A stretch of DNA of 64,000 nt from Eledone cirrhosa (Eukaryota). This document shows, in pieces, positions 12,901 through 27,220 of the stretch (within the stretch, counting starts at the first letter, position 1; every line of letters begins with the position of its first letter). Under the pieces are notes generated by a model. The model did no database searches and had not been told where the DNA came from. It saw nothing but the letters and a program-made list of their open reading frames with translations. A program made the position numbers and the translations under genes. The DNA lies in assembly GCA_964016885.1 (NCBI GenBank), contig OZ024757.1, positions 3,038,001-3,102,000 of the forward strand, read 5' to 3'.

Positions 12901-15900
12901 GTCTATAGTATCAGAGCTGTGATCTCTCAATTCAGATATTCTTTACTGAGACATTCCCGGCACCAATCTGTAGTATCAGCGTTGTGATCTCTCAATTCAG
13001 AGATTCTTTCCTGAGACATTCTAACCACATGTCTGTAGTATCAGAGCTGTGATCTCTCAATTTAGAGATTCTTTCCTGAGACATTCTAACCACATGTCTT
13101 CAATATTAGAGCTGTGATCTCTCAATCCACAGATTCTTTCCTGAGACATTCTAACGCCATATCTATAGTATTAGAGCTGTGAACTCTCAATTCAAAGATT
13201 CTTTCCAGAGATGTTCTTACCACATGTCTGTAGTATTAGAGCTGTGATCTCTCAATTCAGAGATTATTTCCTGAGACAATCTAACCACATGTCTATAGTA
13301 TCAGAGCTCTGATCTCTCAATTCAGAGATTCTTTCCTGAGACATTCTAAACACATGTCTGTAGTATCAGATGTGTGATCTCTCAATTCAGAGATTCTTTC
13401 CTGAGACATTCTAACCACATGTCTGTAGTATCAGAGCTGTGATCTCTCAATCCAGAAATTATTTCTTGAGACGTTCTAACCCCATGTCTGTAGTATCAGA
13501 GCTGTGATCTCTCAACTCAGAGATTCTTGTCTGAGACATTCTAACCACATGTCTATAGTATCAGAGCTGTGATCTCTCAATTCAGATATTCTTTCCTGAC
13601 ACATCCTAACCACATGTCTATAGTATCAGAGCTGTGATCTCTCCATGTAGAGATTCTTTCCTGATCATTCCCGGCACCAATCTGTAGTATCAGCGTTGTG
13701 ATCTCTCAATTCAGAGATTCTTTCCTGAGACATTCTAACCACATATAGGTAGTATCAGAGTTGTGATCTCTCAATTCAGAGATTCTTTCCTGAGACATTC
13801 TAACTACATGTCTGTAGTATCAGAGCTGCGATCTCTCAATTCAGAAATTCTTTCCTGAGACGTTCTAACCACATATCGGTAGTATCAGAGCTGTGATCTC
13901 TCAAATCCGAGATTCTTTCCTGAGACATTCTAACTACATGTCTGTAGTATCAGAGTTGTGATCTCTCAATTCAGAGATTCTTTCCTGAGACATTCTAACT
14001 ACATGTCTGTAGTATCAGAGCTGCGATCTCTCAATTCAGAAATTCTTTCCTCAGACATTCTAACCAGATGTCTGTAGTATCAGAGCTGTGATCTCTCCAT
14101 CCACAGATTCTTTCCAGAGACCTTCTATCCACATGACTGTGGTATCAGAGCTGTGATCTCTCCATTCAGAGATTCTTTCCTGACACATTCTAACCACATG
14201 TCTGTAGTATCAGAGCTGTGATCTCTCAATTCAGAGATTCTTTCCTGAGACATTCTTACCCCATGTCTATAGTATCAGAGCTGTGATCTCTCAATTCAGA
14301 TATTCTTTCCTGAGACATTCCCGGCACCAATCAGTAGTATCAGCGTTGTGATCTCTCAAATCAGAGATTCTTTCCTGAGACATTCTAACCACATGTCTTC
14401 AGTATTAGAGCTGTGATCTCTCAATCCAGAGATTCTTTCCTGAGATATTCTAACCCCATATCTATAGTATTAGAGCTGTGATCTCTCAATTCAAAGATTC
14501 TTTCCAGAGATATTCTTACCACATGCCTGTAGTATCACAGCTGTGATCTCTCAATTCAGAGATTCTTTCCTGAGACATTCTAACCGCATGACTATAGTCT
14601 CGATGTGTGATCTCTCAATTCAGAGATTCTTTCCTGAGACATTCTAACCACATGTCTGTAGTATCAGAGCTGTGATCTCTCAATCCAGAGATTCATTCTT
14701 GAGATGTTCTAACCACATGTCTGTAGTATCAGAGCTGTGATCTCTCAATTCAGAGATTCTTTCCTGACACATTCTAACCACATGTCTGTAGTATCAGAGC
14801 TGTGATATCTCTATTCAGAGATTCGTTCCTGAGATATTCTAAGAACATGTCTATAGTATCAGAGCTGTGATCTCTCAATTCAGAGATTCTTTCCTGAGAC
14901 AATCTAACCTCATGTCTGTAGTATCAGAGGTGTGATCTCTGAATTCAGAGATTCATTCCTGCGACATTCTAAACACATGTCTGTAGAATCAGAGCTGTGA
15001 TCTCTTAATTCAGAGATTCTTTCCTGAGACGTTCTAACCACATGTCTATAGTATCAGAGCTCTGATCTCTCAATTCAGAGATTCTTTCTTGAGACATTCT
15101 AACCACATGACCATAGTATCAGAGCTGTGATCTCTCCATTCAGAGATTCTTTCCTGACACATTCTAACCACATGTCTGTAGTATCAGAGCTGTGATCTCT
15201 CAATTCAGAGATTCTTTCCTGAGACAATCTAACCACATGTCTGTAGTATCAGAGGTGTGATCACTCAATTCAGAGATTCTTTCCTCAGACATTCTAACCA
15301 CATGTCTGTAGTATCAGAGCTGTGATCTCTCAATCCAGAGATTCTTTCCAGAGACATTCTAACCACCTGACTGTGGTATCAGAACTCTGATCTCTCAATT
15401 CAGAGATTCTTTCCAGAGACATTCTAACCACATGTCTATAGTATCAGAGCTGTGATCTCTCAATTCAGAGATTCTTTCCTAAGACATTCCCGCCACCAAT
15501 CTGTAGTATCAGCGTTGTGATCACTCAATTCAGAGATTCTTTTCTCAGACATTCTAACCACATTTCTATAGCATCAGAGCTGTGATCTCCCAATTCAGAG
15601 ATTCTTTCCTGAGACATTCTAACCACATATCTATAGTATTAGAGCTGGGATCTCTCAATTCAAAGATTCTTTCAAGAGATATTCTTACCACATGTCTGTA
15701 GTATCAGAGCTGTGATCTCTCAATTCAGAGATTCTTTCGTGAGACAATCTAACCACATGTCTGTAGTATCAGAGGTGTGATCTCTCAATTCAGAGATTCA
15801 TTCCTGAGACATTCTAACCACATGTCTGTAGTATCAGAGCTGTGTTCTCTCAATCCAGAGATTCTTTCTTGAGACATTCTAACCACATGTCTGTAGTATC

Positions 15901-18900
15901 AGAGCTGTGATCTCTGAATTCAGAGATTCTTTCCTGCGACATTCTAACCACATGTCTGTAGTATCAGAGCTGTGATCTCTCAATTCAGAGATTCTTTCTT
16001 AAGACATTCTAACCACATGACCATAGTATCGGAGCTGTGATCTCTCAATTCAGAGATTCCTTCCAGAGACATTCTAACCACATGTCTATAGTATCAGAGC
16101 TGTGATCTCTCCATTCAGAGATTCTTTCCTGACACATTCTAGCCACATGTCTGTAGTATCAGAGCTGTGATATCTCAAATCAGAGATTCCTTCCAGATAC
16201 ATTCTAACCACATGTCTGTAGTATCAGAGCTGTGATATCCCAATTCAAAGATTCTTTCCTCAGACATTCTAACCAGATGTCTGTAGCATCAGAGCTGTGA
16301 TCTCTCAATCCACAGATTCTTTCCAGAGACATTCTAACCACATGACTGTAGTATCAGAGCTGTGATCTCTCAATCCACAGATTCTTTCCAGAGACATTCT
16401 AACCACATGTCTATAGTATCAGAGCTGTTATCTCTCCATTCAGAGATTCTTTCCTGACACATTCTAACCACATGTCTGTAGTATCAGAGCTGTGATCTCT
16501 CAATTCAGAGATTCTTTCCTGAGACATTCTAACCCCATGTCTATAGTATCAGAGCTGTGATCTCTCAACTTAGAGATTCTTTTCTGAGACATTGTAACCA
16601 CATGTCTATAGTATCAGAGCTGTGATCTCTCAATTCAGATATTCTTTACTGAGACATTCCCGGCACCAATCTGTAGTATCAGCGTTGTGATCTCTCAATT
16701 CAGAGATTCTTTCCTGAGACATTCTAACCACATGTCTGTAGTATCAGAGCTGTGATCTCTCAATTTAGAGATTCTTTCCTGAGACATTCTAACCACATGT
16801 CTTCAATATTAGAGCTGTGATCTCTCAATCCACAGATTCTTTCCTGAGACATTCTAACGCCATATCTATAGTATTAGAGCTGTGAACTCTCAATTCAAAG
16901 ATTCTTTCCAGAGATGTTCTTACCACATGTCTGTAGTATCAGAGCTGTGATCTCTCAATTCAGAGATTATTTCCTGAGACAATCTAACCACATGTCTATA
17001 GTATCAGAGCTCTGATCTCTCAATTCAGAGATTCTTTCCTGAGACATTCTAAACACATGTCTGTAGTATCAGATGTGTGATCTCTCAATTCAGAGATTCT
17101 TTCCTGAGACATTCTAACCACATGTCTGTAGTATCAGAGCTGTGATCTCTCAATCCAGAAATTATTTCTTGAGACGTTCTAACCCCATGTCTGTAGTATC
17201 AGAGCTGTGATCTCTCAATTCAGAGATTCTTTCCTGCGACATTCTAACCACATGTCTGTAGTATCAGAGCTGTGATCTCTTAATTCAGAGATTCTTTCCT
17301 GAGACATTCTAACCACATGTCTATAGTATCAGAGCTGTGATCTCTCAATTCAGTGATTCTTTCCTGAGACATTCTAAGCACATGTCTATAGTATCAGAGC
17401 TGTGATCTCTCCATTCAGAGATTCTTTCCTGGCACATTCTAACCACATGTCTGTAGTATCAGAGCTGTGATCTCTTAATTCAGAGATCCTTTCCTGAGAC
17501 ATTCTAACCCCATGTCTATAGTATCAGAGCCGTGATCTCTCAACTCAGAGATTATTTTCTGAGACATTCTAACCACATGTCTATAGTATCAGAGCTGTGA
17601 TCTCTCAATTCAGATATTCTTTCCTGAGACATTCCCGGCACCAATCTGTAGTATCAGCGTTGTGATCTCTCAATTCAGAGATTCTTTCCTGAGACATTCT
17701 AACCACATGTCTGTAGTATCAGAGCTGTGATCTCTCAATTTAGAGATTCTTTCCTGAGACATTCTAACCACATGTCTTCAATATTAGAGCTGTGATCTCT
17801 CAATCCACAGATTCTTTCCTGAGACATTCTAACGCCATATCTATAGTATTAGAGCTGTGAACTCTCAATTCAAAGATTCTTTCCAGAGATGTTCTTACCA
17901 CATGTCTGTAGTATCAGAGCTGTGATCTCTCAATTCAGAGATTATTTCCTGAGACAATCTAACCACATGTCTATAGTATCAGAGCTCTGATCTCTCAATT
18001 CAGAGATTCTTTCCTGAGACATTCTAAACACATGTCTGTAGTATCAGATGTGTGATCTCTCAATTCAGAGATTCTTTCCTGAGACATTCTAACCACATGT
18101 CTGTAGTATCAGAGCTGTGATCTCTCAATCCAGAGATTCTTTCCTGCGACATTCTAACCACATGTCTGTAGTATCAGAGCTGTGATCTCTTAATTCAGAG
18201 ATTCTTTCTTGAGACGTTCTAACCCCATGTCTATAGTATCAGAGCTGTGATCTCTCAATTCAGAGATTCTTTCCTGCGACATTCTAACCACATGTCTGTA
18301 GTATCAGAGCTGTGATCTCTTAATTCAGAGATTCTTTCCTGAGACATTCTAACCACATGTCAATAGTATCAGAGCTGTGATCTCTCAATTCAGTGATTCT
18401 TTCCTGAGACATTCTAAGCACATGTCTATAGTATCAGAGCTGTGATCTCTCACTTCAGAAATTATTTCCTGAGACGTTCTAACCACATATCGGTAGTATC
18501 AGAGCTGTGTGATCTCTCAAATCCGAGATTCTTTCCTGAGACATTCTAACTACATGTCTGTAGTATCAGAGCTGTGATCTCTCAATTTAGAGATTCTATC
18601 CTGAGACATTCTAACCACATATCTGTAGTGTCAGAGCTGTGATATCTCAATCCAGAGATTCTTTCCAGAGACATTCTAACCACATGTCTATAGTATCAGA
18701 GCTGTGATCTCTCCATTCAGAGATTATTTCCTGACACATACTAACCACATGTCTGTAGTATCAGAGCTCTGATCTCTCAATTCAGAGTTTCTTTCCTGAG
18801 ACATTCTAAACACATGTCTATATAATCAGAGCTGTGATATCTTAATTTAGAGATTCTTTCCTGAGACATTCTAAGCACATGTCTATAGTATCAGAGCTGT

Positions 18901-21900
18901 GTTCTCTCAATTCAGAAATTCTTTCCTGAGACGTTCTAACCACATATCGGTAGTATCAGAGCTGTGATCTCTCAAATCCGAGATTCTTTCCTGAGACATT
19001 CTAACTACATGTCTGTAGTATCAGAGCTGTGATCTCTCAATTTAGAGATTCTTTCCTGAGACATTCTAACCACATATATGTAGTGTCAGAGCTGTGATAT
19101 CTCAAACCAGAGATTCTTTCCAGAAACATTCTAACCACATGTCTGTAGTATCAGAGCTGTGATATCCCAATTCAAAGATTCTTTCCTCAGACATTCTAAC
19201 AAGATGTCTGTAGTATCAGAGCTGTGATCTCTCAATCCACAGATTCTTTCCAGAGACCTTCTATCCACATGACTGTGGTATCAGAGCTGTCATCTCTCAA
19301 TTCAGAGATTATTTCCTGCCACATTCTAACCATATGTCTATAGTATCAGGGCTGTGATCTCTCCATTCAGAGATTCTTTCCTGACACATTCTAACCACAT
19401 GTCTGTAGTATCAAAGCTGTGATCTCTCAATTCAGAGATTCTTTCCTGAGACATTCTTACCCCATGTCTATAGTATCAGAGCTGTGATCTCTCAATTCAG
19501 ATATTCTTTCCTGAGACATTCCCGGCACCAATCAGTAGTATCAGCGTTGTGATCTCTCAAATCACAGATTCTTTCCTGAGACATTCTAACCACATGTCTT
19601 CAGTATTAGAGCTGTGATCTCTCAATCCAGAGATTCTTTCCTGAGACATTCTAACCCCATATCTATAGTATTAGAGCTGTGATCTCTCAATTCAAAGATT
19701 CTTTCCAGAGATATTCTTACCACATGCCTGTAGTATCAGAGCTGTGATCTCTCAATTCAGAGATTCTTTCCTGAGACATTCTAACCGCATGTCTATAGTA
19801 TCAGATGTGTGATCTCTCAATTCAGAGATTCTTTCCTGAGACATTCTAACCACATGTCTGTAGTATCAGAGCTGTGATCTCTCAATCCAAAGATTGATTC
19901 TTAAGATGTTCTAACCACATGTCTGTAGTATCAGAGCTGTGATCTCTCAATTCAGAGATTCTTTCCAGAGACATTCAAACCACATGACAATATTATCAGA
20001 GCGGTGATCTCTCAATTCAGAGATTCTTTCCAGAGACATACTAACCCCATGTCTGTAGTATCAGAGCTGTGATATCTCAACTCAGAGATTCTTTCCTGCG
20101 ACATTCTAACCACATGTCTGTAGTATCAGAGCTGTGATCTCTCAATTCAGAGATTCTTTCCTGAGACAATCTAACCACATGTCTGTAGTATCAGAGGTGT
20201 GATCTCTCAATTCAGAGATTCATTCCTGCGACATTCTAAACACATGTCTGTAGAATCAGAGCTGTGATCTCTTAATTCAGAGATTCTTTCCTGAGACGTT
20301 CTTACCACATGTCTATACTATCAGAGCTCTGATCTCTCAATTCAGAGATTCTTTCCTGAGACATTCTAACCACATGTCTGTAGTATCAGAGCTGTGATCT
20401 CTCAATTCAGAGATTCTTTCCTGAGACATTCTAACCCCATGTCTATAGTATCAGAGCTGTGATCTCTCAACTCAGAGATTATTTTCTGAGACATTCTAAC
20501 CACATGTCTATATTATCAGAGCTGTGATCTCTCAATTCAGATATTCTTTCCTGAGACATTCTAACCCCATGTCTGTAGTATCAGAGCTGTGATCTCTCAA
20601 TTTAGAGATTCTTTCCTGAGACATTCTAACCACATGTCTTCAATATTAGAGCTGTGATCTCTCAATCCACAGATTCTTTCCTGAGACATTCTAACGCCAT
20701 ATCTATAGTATTAGAGCTGTGAACTCTCAATTCAAAGATTCTTTCCAGAGATGTTCTTACCACATGTCTGTAGTATCAGAGCTGTGATCTCTCAATTCAG
20801 AGATTATTTCCTGAGACAATCTAACCACATGTCTATAGTATCAGAGCTCTGATCTCTCAATTCAGAGATTCTTTCCTGAGACATTCTAAACACATGTCTG
20901 TAGTATCTGATGTGTGATCTCTCAATTCAGAGATTCTTTCCTGAGACATTCTAACCACATGTCTGTAGTATCAGAGCTGTGATTTCTCAATCCAGAAATT
21001 ATTTCTTGAGACGTTCTAACCCCATGTCTGTAGTATCAGAGCTGTGATCTCTCAATTCAGAGATTCTTTCCTGCGACATTCTAACCACATGTCTATAGTA
21101 TCAGAGCTGTGATCTCTTAATTCAGAGATTCTTTCCTGAGACATTCTAACCACATGTCTATATTATCAGAGCTGTGATCTCTCAATTCAGTGATTCTTTC
21201 CTGAGACATTCTAAGCACATGTCTATAGTATCAGAGCTGTGATCTCTCACTTCAGAAATTATTTCCTGAGACGTTCTAACCACATATCGGTAGTATCAGA
21301 GCTGTGATCTCTCAAATCCGAGATTCTTTCCTGAGACATTCTAACTACATGTCTGTAGTATCAGAGCTGTGATCTCTCAATTTAGAGATTCTTTCCTGAG
21401 ACATTCTAACCACATATCTGTAATGTCAGAGCTGTGATATCTCAATCCAGAGATTCTTTCCAGAGACATTCTAACCACATGTCTATAGTATCAGAGCTGT
21501 GATCTCTCCATTCAGAGATTCTTTCCTGAGACATACTAACCACATGTCTGTAGTATCAGAGCTGTGATCTCTCAATTCAGAGTTTCTTTCCTGAGACATT
21601 CTAAACACATGTCTATATTATCAGAGCTGTGATATCTTAATTTAGAGATTCTTTCCTGAGACATTCTAAGCACATGTCTATAGTATCAGAGCTGTGTTCT
21701 TTCAATTCAGAAATTCTTTCCTGAGACGTTCTAACCACATATCGGTAGTATCAGAGCTGTGATCTCTCAAATCCGAGATTCTTTCCTGAGACATTCTAAC
21801 TACATGTCTGTAGTATCAGAGCTGTGATCTCTCAATTTAGAGATTCTTTCCTGAGACATTCTAACCATATATCTGTAGTGTCAGAGCTGTGATATCTCAA

Positions 21901-24900
21901 ACCAGAGATTCTTTCCAGAAACATTCTAACCACATGTCTGTAGTATCAGAGCTGTGATATCCCAATTCAAAGATTCTTTCCTCAGACATTCTAACCAGAT
22001 GTCTGTAGTATCAGAGCTGTGATCTCTCAATCCACAGATTCTTTCCAGAGACCTTCTATCCACATGACTGTGGTATCAGAGCTGTCATCTCTCAATTCAG
22101 AGATTATTTCCTGACACATTCTAACCATATGTCTATAGTATCAGGGCTGTGATCTCTCCATTCAGAGATTCTTTCCTGACACATTCTAACCACATGTCTG
22201 TAGTATCAGAGCTGTGATCTCTCAATTCAGAGATTCTTTCCTGAGACATTCTTACCCCATGTCTATAGTATCAGAGCTGTGATCTCTCAATTTAGAGATT
22301 CTTTCCTGAGACATTCTAACCACATGTCTTCAGTATTAGAGCTGTGATCTCTCAATCCAGAGATTCTTTCCTGAGACATTCTAACCCCATATCTATAGTA
22401 TTAGAGCTGTGATCTCTCAATTCAAAGATTCTTTCCAGAGATATTCTTACCACATGCCTGTAGTATCAGAGCTGTGATCTCTCAATTCAGAGATTCTTTC
22501 CTGAGACATTCTAACCACATGTCTGTAGTATCAGAGCTGTGATCTCTCAATTTAGAGATTCTTTCCTGAGACATTCTAACCACATGTCTTCAGTATTAGA
22601 GCTGTGATCTCTCAATCCAGAGATTCTTTCCTGAGACATTCTAACCCCATATCTATAGTATTAGAGCTGTGATCTCTCAATTCAAAGATTCTTTCCAGAG
22701 ATATTCTTACCACATGCCTGTAGTATCAGAGCTGTAATCTCTCAATTCAGAGATTCTTTCCTGAGACATTCTAACCGCATGTCTATAGTATCAGATGTGT
22801 GATCTCTCAATTCAGAGATTCTTTCCTGAGACATTCTAACCACATGTCTGTAGTATCAGAGCTGTGATCTCTCAATCCAAAGATTCATTCTTGAGATGTT
22901 CTAACCACATGTCTGTAGTATCAGAGCTGTGATCTCTCAATTCAGAGATTCTTTCCAGAGACATTCTAATCACATGACAATATTATCAGAGCTGTGATCT
23001 CTCAATTCAGAGATTCTTTCCAGAGACATACTAACCACATGTCTGTAGTATCAGAGCTCTGATCTCTCAATTCAGAGTTTCTTTCCTGAGACATTCTAAG
23101 CACATGTCTATATTATCAGAGCTGTGATATCTCTATTCAGAGATTCGTTCCTGAGATATTCTAAGAACATGTCTATAGTATCAGAGCTGTGATCTCTCAA
23201 TTCAGAGATTCTTTCCTGAGACAATCTAACCACATGTCTGTAGTATCAGAGCTGTGATCTCTCAATTCAGAGATTAATTCCTGCGACATTCTAAACACAT
23301 GTCTGTAGAATCAGAGCTGTGATCTCTTAATTCAGAGATTCTTTCCTGAGACGTTCTAACCACATGTCTATAGTATCAGAGCTCTGATCTCTCAATTCAG
23401 AGATTCTTTCCTGAGACATTCTAACCACATGTCTGTACTATCAGAGCTGTGATCTCTCAATTCAGATATTCTTTCCTGAGACATTCCCGGCACCAATCTG
23501 TAGTATCAGCGTTGTGATCTCTCAATTCAGAGATTCTTTCCTGAGACATTCTAACCACATGTCTGTAGTATCAGAGCTGTGATCTCTCAATTTAGAGATT
23601 CTTTCCTGAGACATTCTAACCACATGTCTTCAATATTAGAGCTGTGATCTCTCAATCCACAGATTCTTTCCTGAGACATTCTAACGCCATATCTATAGTA
23701 TTAGAGCTGTGAACTCTCAATTCAAAGATTCTTTCCAGAGATGTTCTTACCACATGTCTGTAGTATCAGAGCTGTGATCTCTCAATTCAGAGATTATTTC
23801 CTGAGACAATCTAACCACATGTCTATAGTATCAGAGCTCTGATCTCTCAATTCAGAGATTCTTTCCTGAGACATTCTAAACACATGTCTGTAGTATCAGA
23901 TGTGTGAGCTCTCAATTCAGAGATTCTTTCCTGAGACATTCTAACCACATGTCTGTAGTATCAGAGCTGTGATCTCTCAATCCAGAAATTATTTCTTGAG
24001 ACGTTCTAACCCCATGTCTGTAGTATCAGAGCTGTGATCTCTCAATTCAGAGATTCTTTCCTGCGACATTCTAACCACATGTCTGTAGTATCAGAGCTGT
24101 GATCTCTTAATTCAGAGATTCTTTCCTGAGACATTCTAACCACATGTCTATAGTATCAGAGCTGTGATCTCTCAATTCAGTGATTCTTTCCTGAGACATT
24201 CTAAGCACATGTCTATAGTATCAGAGCTGTGATCTCTCACTTCAGAAATTATTTCCTGAGACGTTCTAACCACATATCGGTAGTATCAGAGCTGTGATCT
24301 TTCAAATCCGAGATTCTTTCCTGAGACATTCTAACTACATGTCTGTAGTATCAGAGCTGTGATCTCTCAATTTAGAGATTCTTTCCTGAGACATTCTAAC
24401 CACATATCTGTAGTGTCAGAGCTGTGATATCTCAATCCAGAGATTCTTTCCAGAGACATTCTAACAACATGTCTATAGTATCAGAGCTGTGATCTCTCCA
24501 TTCAGAGATTCTTTCCTGACACATACTAACCACATGTCTGTAGTATCAGAGCTCTGATCTCTCAATTCAGAGTTTCTTTCCTGAGACATTCTAAACACAT
24601 GTCTATATTATCAGAGCTGTGATATCTTAATTTAGAGATTCTTTCCTGAGACATTCTAAGCACATGTCTATAGTATCAGAGCTGTGATCTCTCAATTCAG
24701 AAATTCTTTCCTGAGACGTTCTAACCACATATCGGTAGTATCAGAGCTGTGATCTCTCAAATCCGAGATTCTTTCCTGAAACATTCTAACTACATGTCTA
24801 TAGTATCAGAGCTGTGATCTCTCAATTTAGAGATTCTTTCCTGAGACATTCTAACCACATATCTGTAGTGTCAGAGCTGTGATATCTCAAACCAGAGATC

Positions 24901-26000
24901 CTTTCCAGAAACATTCTAACCACATGTCTGTAGTATCAGAGCTGTGATATCCCAATTCAAAGATTCTTTCCTGAGACATTCTAATCATATGTCTGTAGTA
25001 TCAGAGCTGTGATCTCTCAATCCACAGATTCTTTCCAGAGACCTTCTATCCACATGACTGTGGTATCAGAGCTGTCATCTCTCAATTCAGAGATTATTTC
25101 CTGACACATTCTAACCATATGTCTATAGTATCAGGGCTGTGATCTCTCCATTCAGAGATTCTTTCCTGACACATTCTAACCACATGTCTATAGTATCAGA
25201 GCTGTGATCTCTCAATTCAGATATTCTTTCCTGAGACATTCCCGGCACCAATCAGTAGTATCAGCGTTGTGATCTCTCAAATCAGAGATTCTTTCCTGAG
25301 ACATTCTAACCACATGTCTGTAGTATCAGAGCTGTGATCTCTCAATTTAGAGATTCTTTCCTGAGACATTCTAACCACATGTCTTCAGTATTAGAGCTGT
25401 GATCTCTCAATCCAGAGATTCTTTCCTGAGACATTCTAACCCCATATCTATAGTATTAGAGCTGTGATCTCTCAATTCAAAGATTCTTTCCAGAGATATT
25501 CTTACCACATGCCTGTAGTATCAGAGCTGTGATCTCTCAATTCAGAGATTCTTTCCTGAGACATTCTAACCGCATGTCTATAGTATCAGATGTGTGATCT
25601 CTCAATTCAGAGATTCTTTCCTGAGACATTCTAACCACATGTCTGTAGTATCAGAGCTGTGATCTCTCAATCCAGAGATTCATTCTTGAGATGTTTTAAC
25701 CACATGTCTGTAGTATCAGAGCTGTGATCTCTCAATTCAGAGATTCTTTCCTGAGACATTCTAAGAACATGTCTATATTATCAGAGCTGTGATCTCTCAA
25801 TTCAGAGATCCTTTCCTGAGACAATCTAACCACATGTCTGTAGTATCAGAGGTGTGATCTCTCAATTCAGAGATTCATTCCTGCGACATTCTAAACACAT
25901 GTCTGTAGAATCAGAGCTGTGATCTCTTAATTCAGAGATTCTTTCCTGAGACGTTCTAACCACATGTCTATAGTATCAGAGCTCTGATCTCTCAATTCAG
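9950..26000 (+). repeat. Irregular higher-order repeat domain with multi-kb units (43-79 monomers)
   Basis: The diagnostic variant CCAGAGACCTTCTATCCAC has its CCTTCT at 10288, 14121, 19257, 22052 and 25042 (spacings about 59, 79, 43 and 46 monomers). Flanking monomer order is conserved, and CTAAGAACAT accompanies most copies. Boundaries are approximate. Confidence 0.75.
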
Positions 26001-27220
26001 AGATTCTTTCCTGAGACATTCTAACCACATGTCTGTAGTATGAGAGCTGTGATCTCTCAATTCAGAGATTCTTTCTTGAGACATTCTAACCACATGACCA
26101 TAGTATCAGAGCTGTGATCTCTCCATTCAGAGATTCTTTCCTGACACATTCTAACCACATGTCTGTAGTATCAGAGCTGTGATCTCTCAATTCAGAGATT
26201 CTTTCCTGAGACAATCTAACCACATGTCTGTAGTATCAGAGGTGTGATCACTCAATTCAGAGATTCTTTCCTCAGACATTCTAACCACATGTCTATAGTA
26301 GCAGAGCTGTGATCTCTCAATTCAGAGATTCTTTTCAGAGACATCCTAACCACATGTCTGTAGTATCAGAACTGTGATATCCCAATTCAAAGATTCTTTC
26401 CTCAGACATTCTAACCAGATGTCTGTAGTATCAGAGCTGTGATCTCTCAATCCAGAGATTCTTTCCAGAGACATTCTAACCACATGACTGTGGTATCAGA
26501 ACTCTGATCTCTCAATTCAGAGATTCTTTCCAGAGACATTCTAACCACATGTCTATAGTATCAGAGCTGTGATCTCTCAATTCAGAGATTCTTTCCTAAG
26601 ACATTCCCGCCACGAATCTGTAGTATCAGCGTTGTGATCTCTCAATTCAGAGATTCTTTTCTCAGACATTCTAACCACATTTCTATAGCATCAGAGCTGT
26701 GATCTCCCAATTCAGAGATTCTTTCCTGAGACATTCTAAACACATGTCTGTAGTATCAGAGCTGTGATCTTTCAATTTAAAGATTCTTTCCTGAGACATT
26801 CTAACCACATGTCTTCAGTATTAGAGCTGTGATCTCTCAATCCAGAGATTCTTTCCTGAGACATTCTAACCACATATCTATAGTATTAGAGCTGGGATCT
26901 CTCAATTCAAAGATTCTTTCCAGAGATATTCTAACCACATGTCTGTAGTATCAGAGCTGTGTTCTCTCAATCCAGAGATTCTTTCTTGAGACATTCTAAC
27001 CACATGTCTGTAGTATCAGAGCTGTGATCTCTGAATTCAGAGATTCTTTCCTGCGACATTCTAACCACATGTCTGTAGTATCAGAGCTGTGATCTCTCAA
27101 TTCAGAGATTCTTTCTTGAGACATTCTAACCACATGACCATAGTATCGGAGCTGTGATCTCTCAATTCAGAGATTCCTTCCAGAGACATTCTAACCACAT
27201 GTCTATAGTATCAGAGCTGT

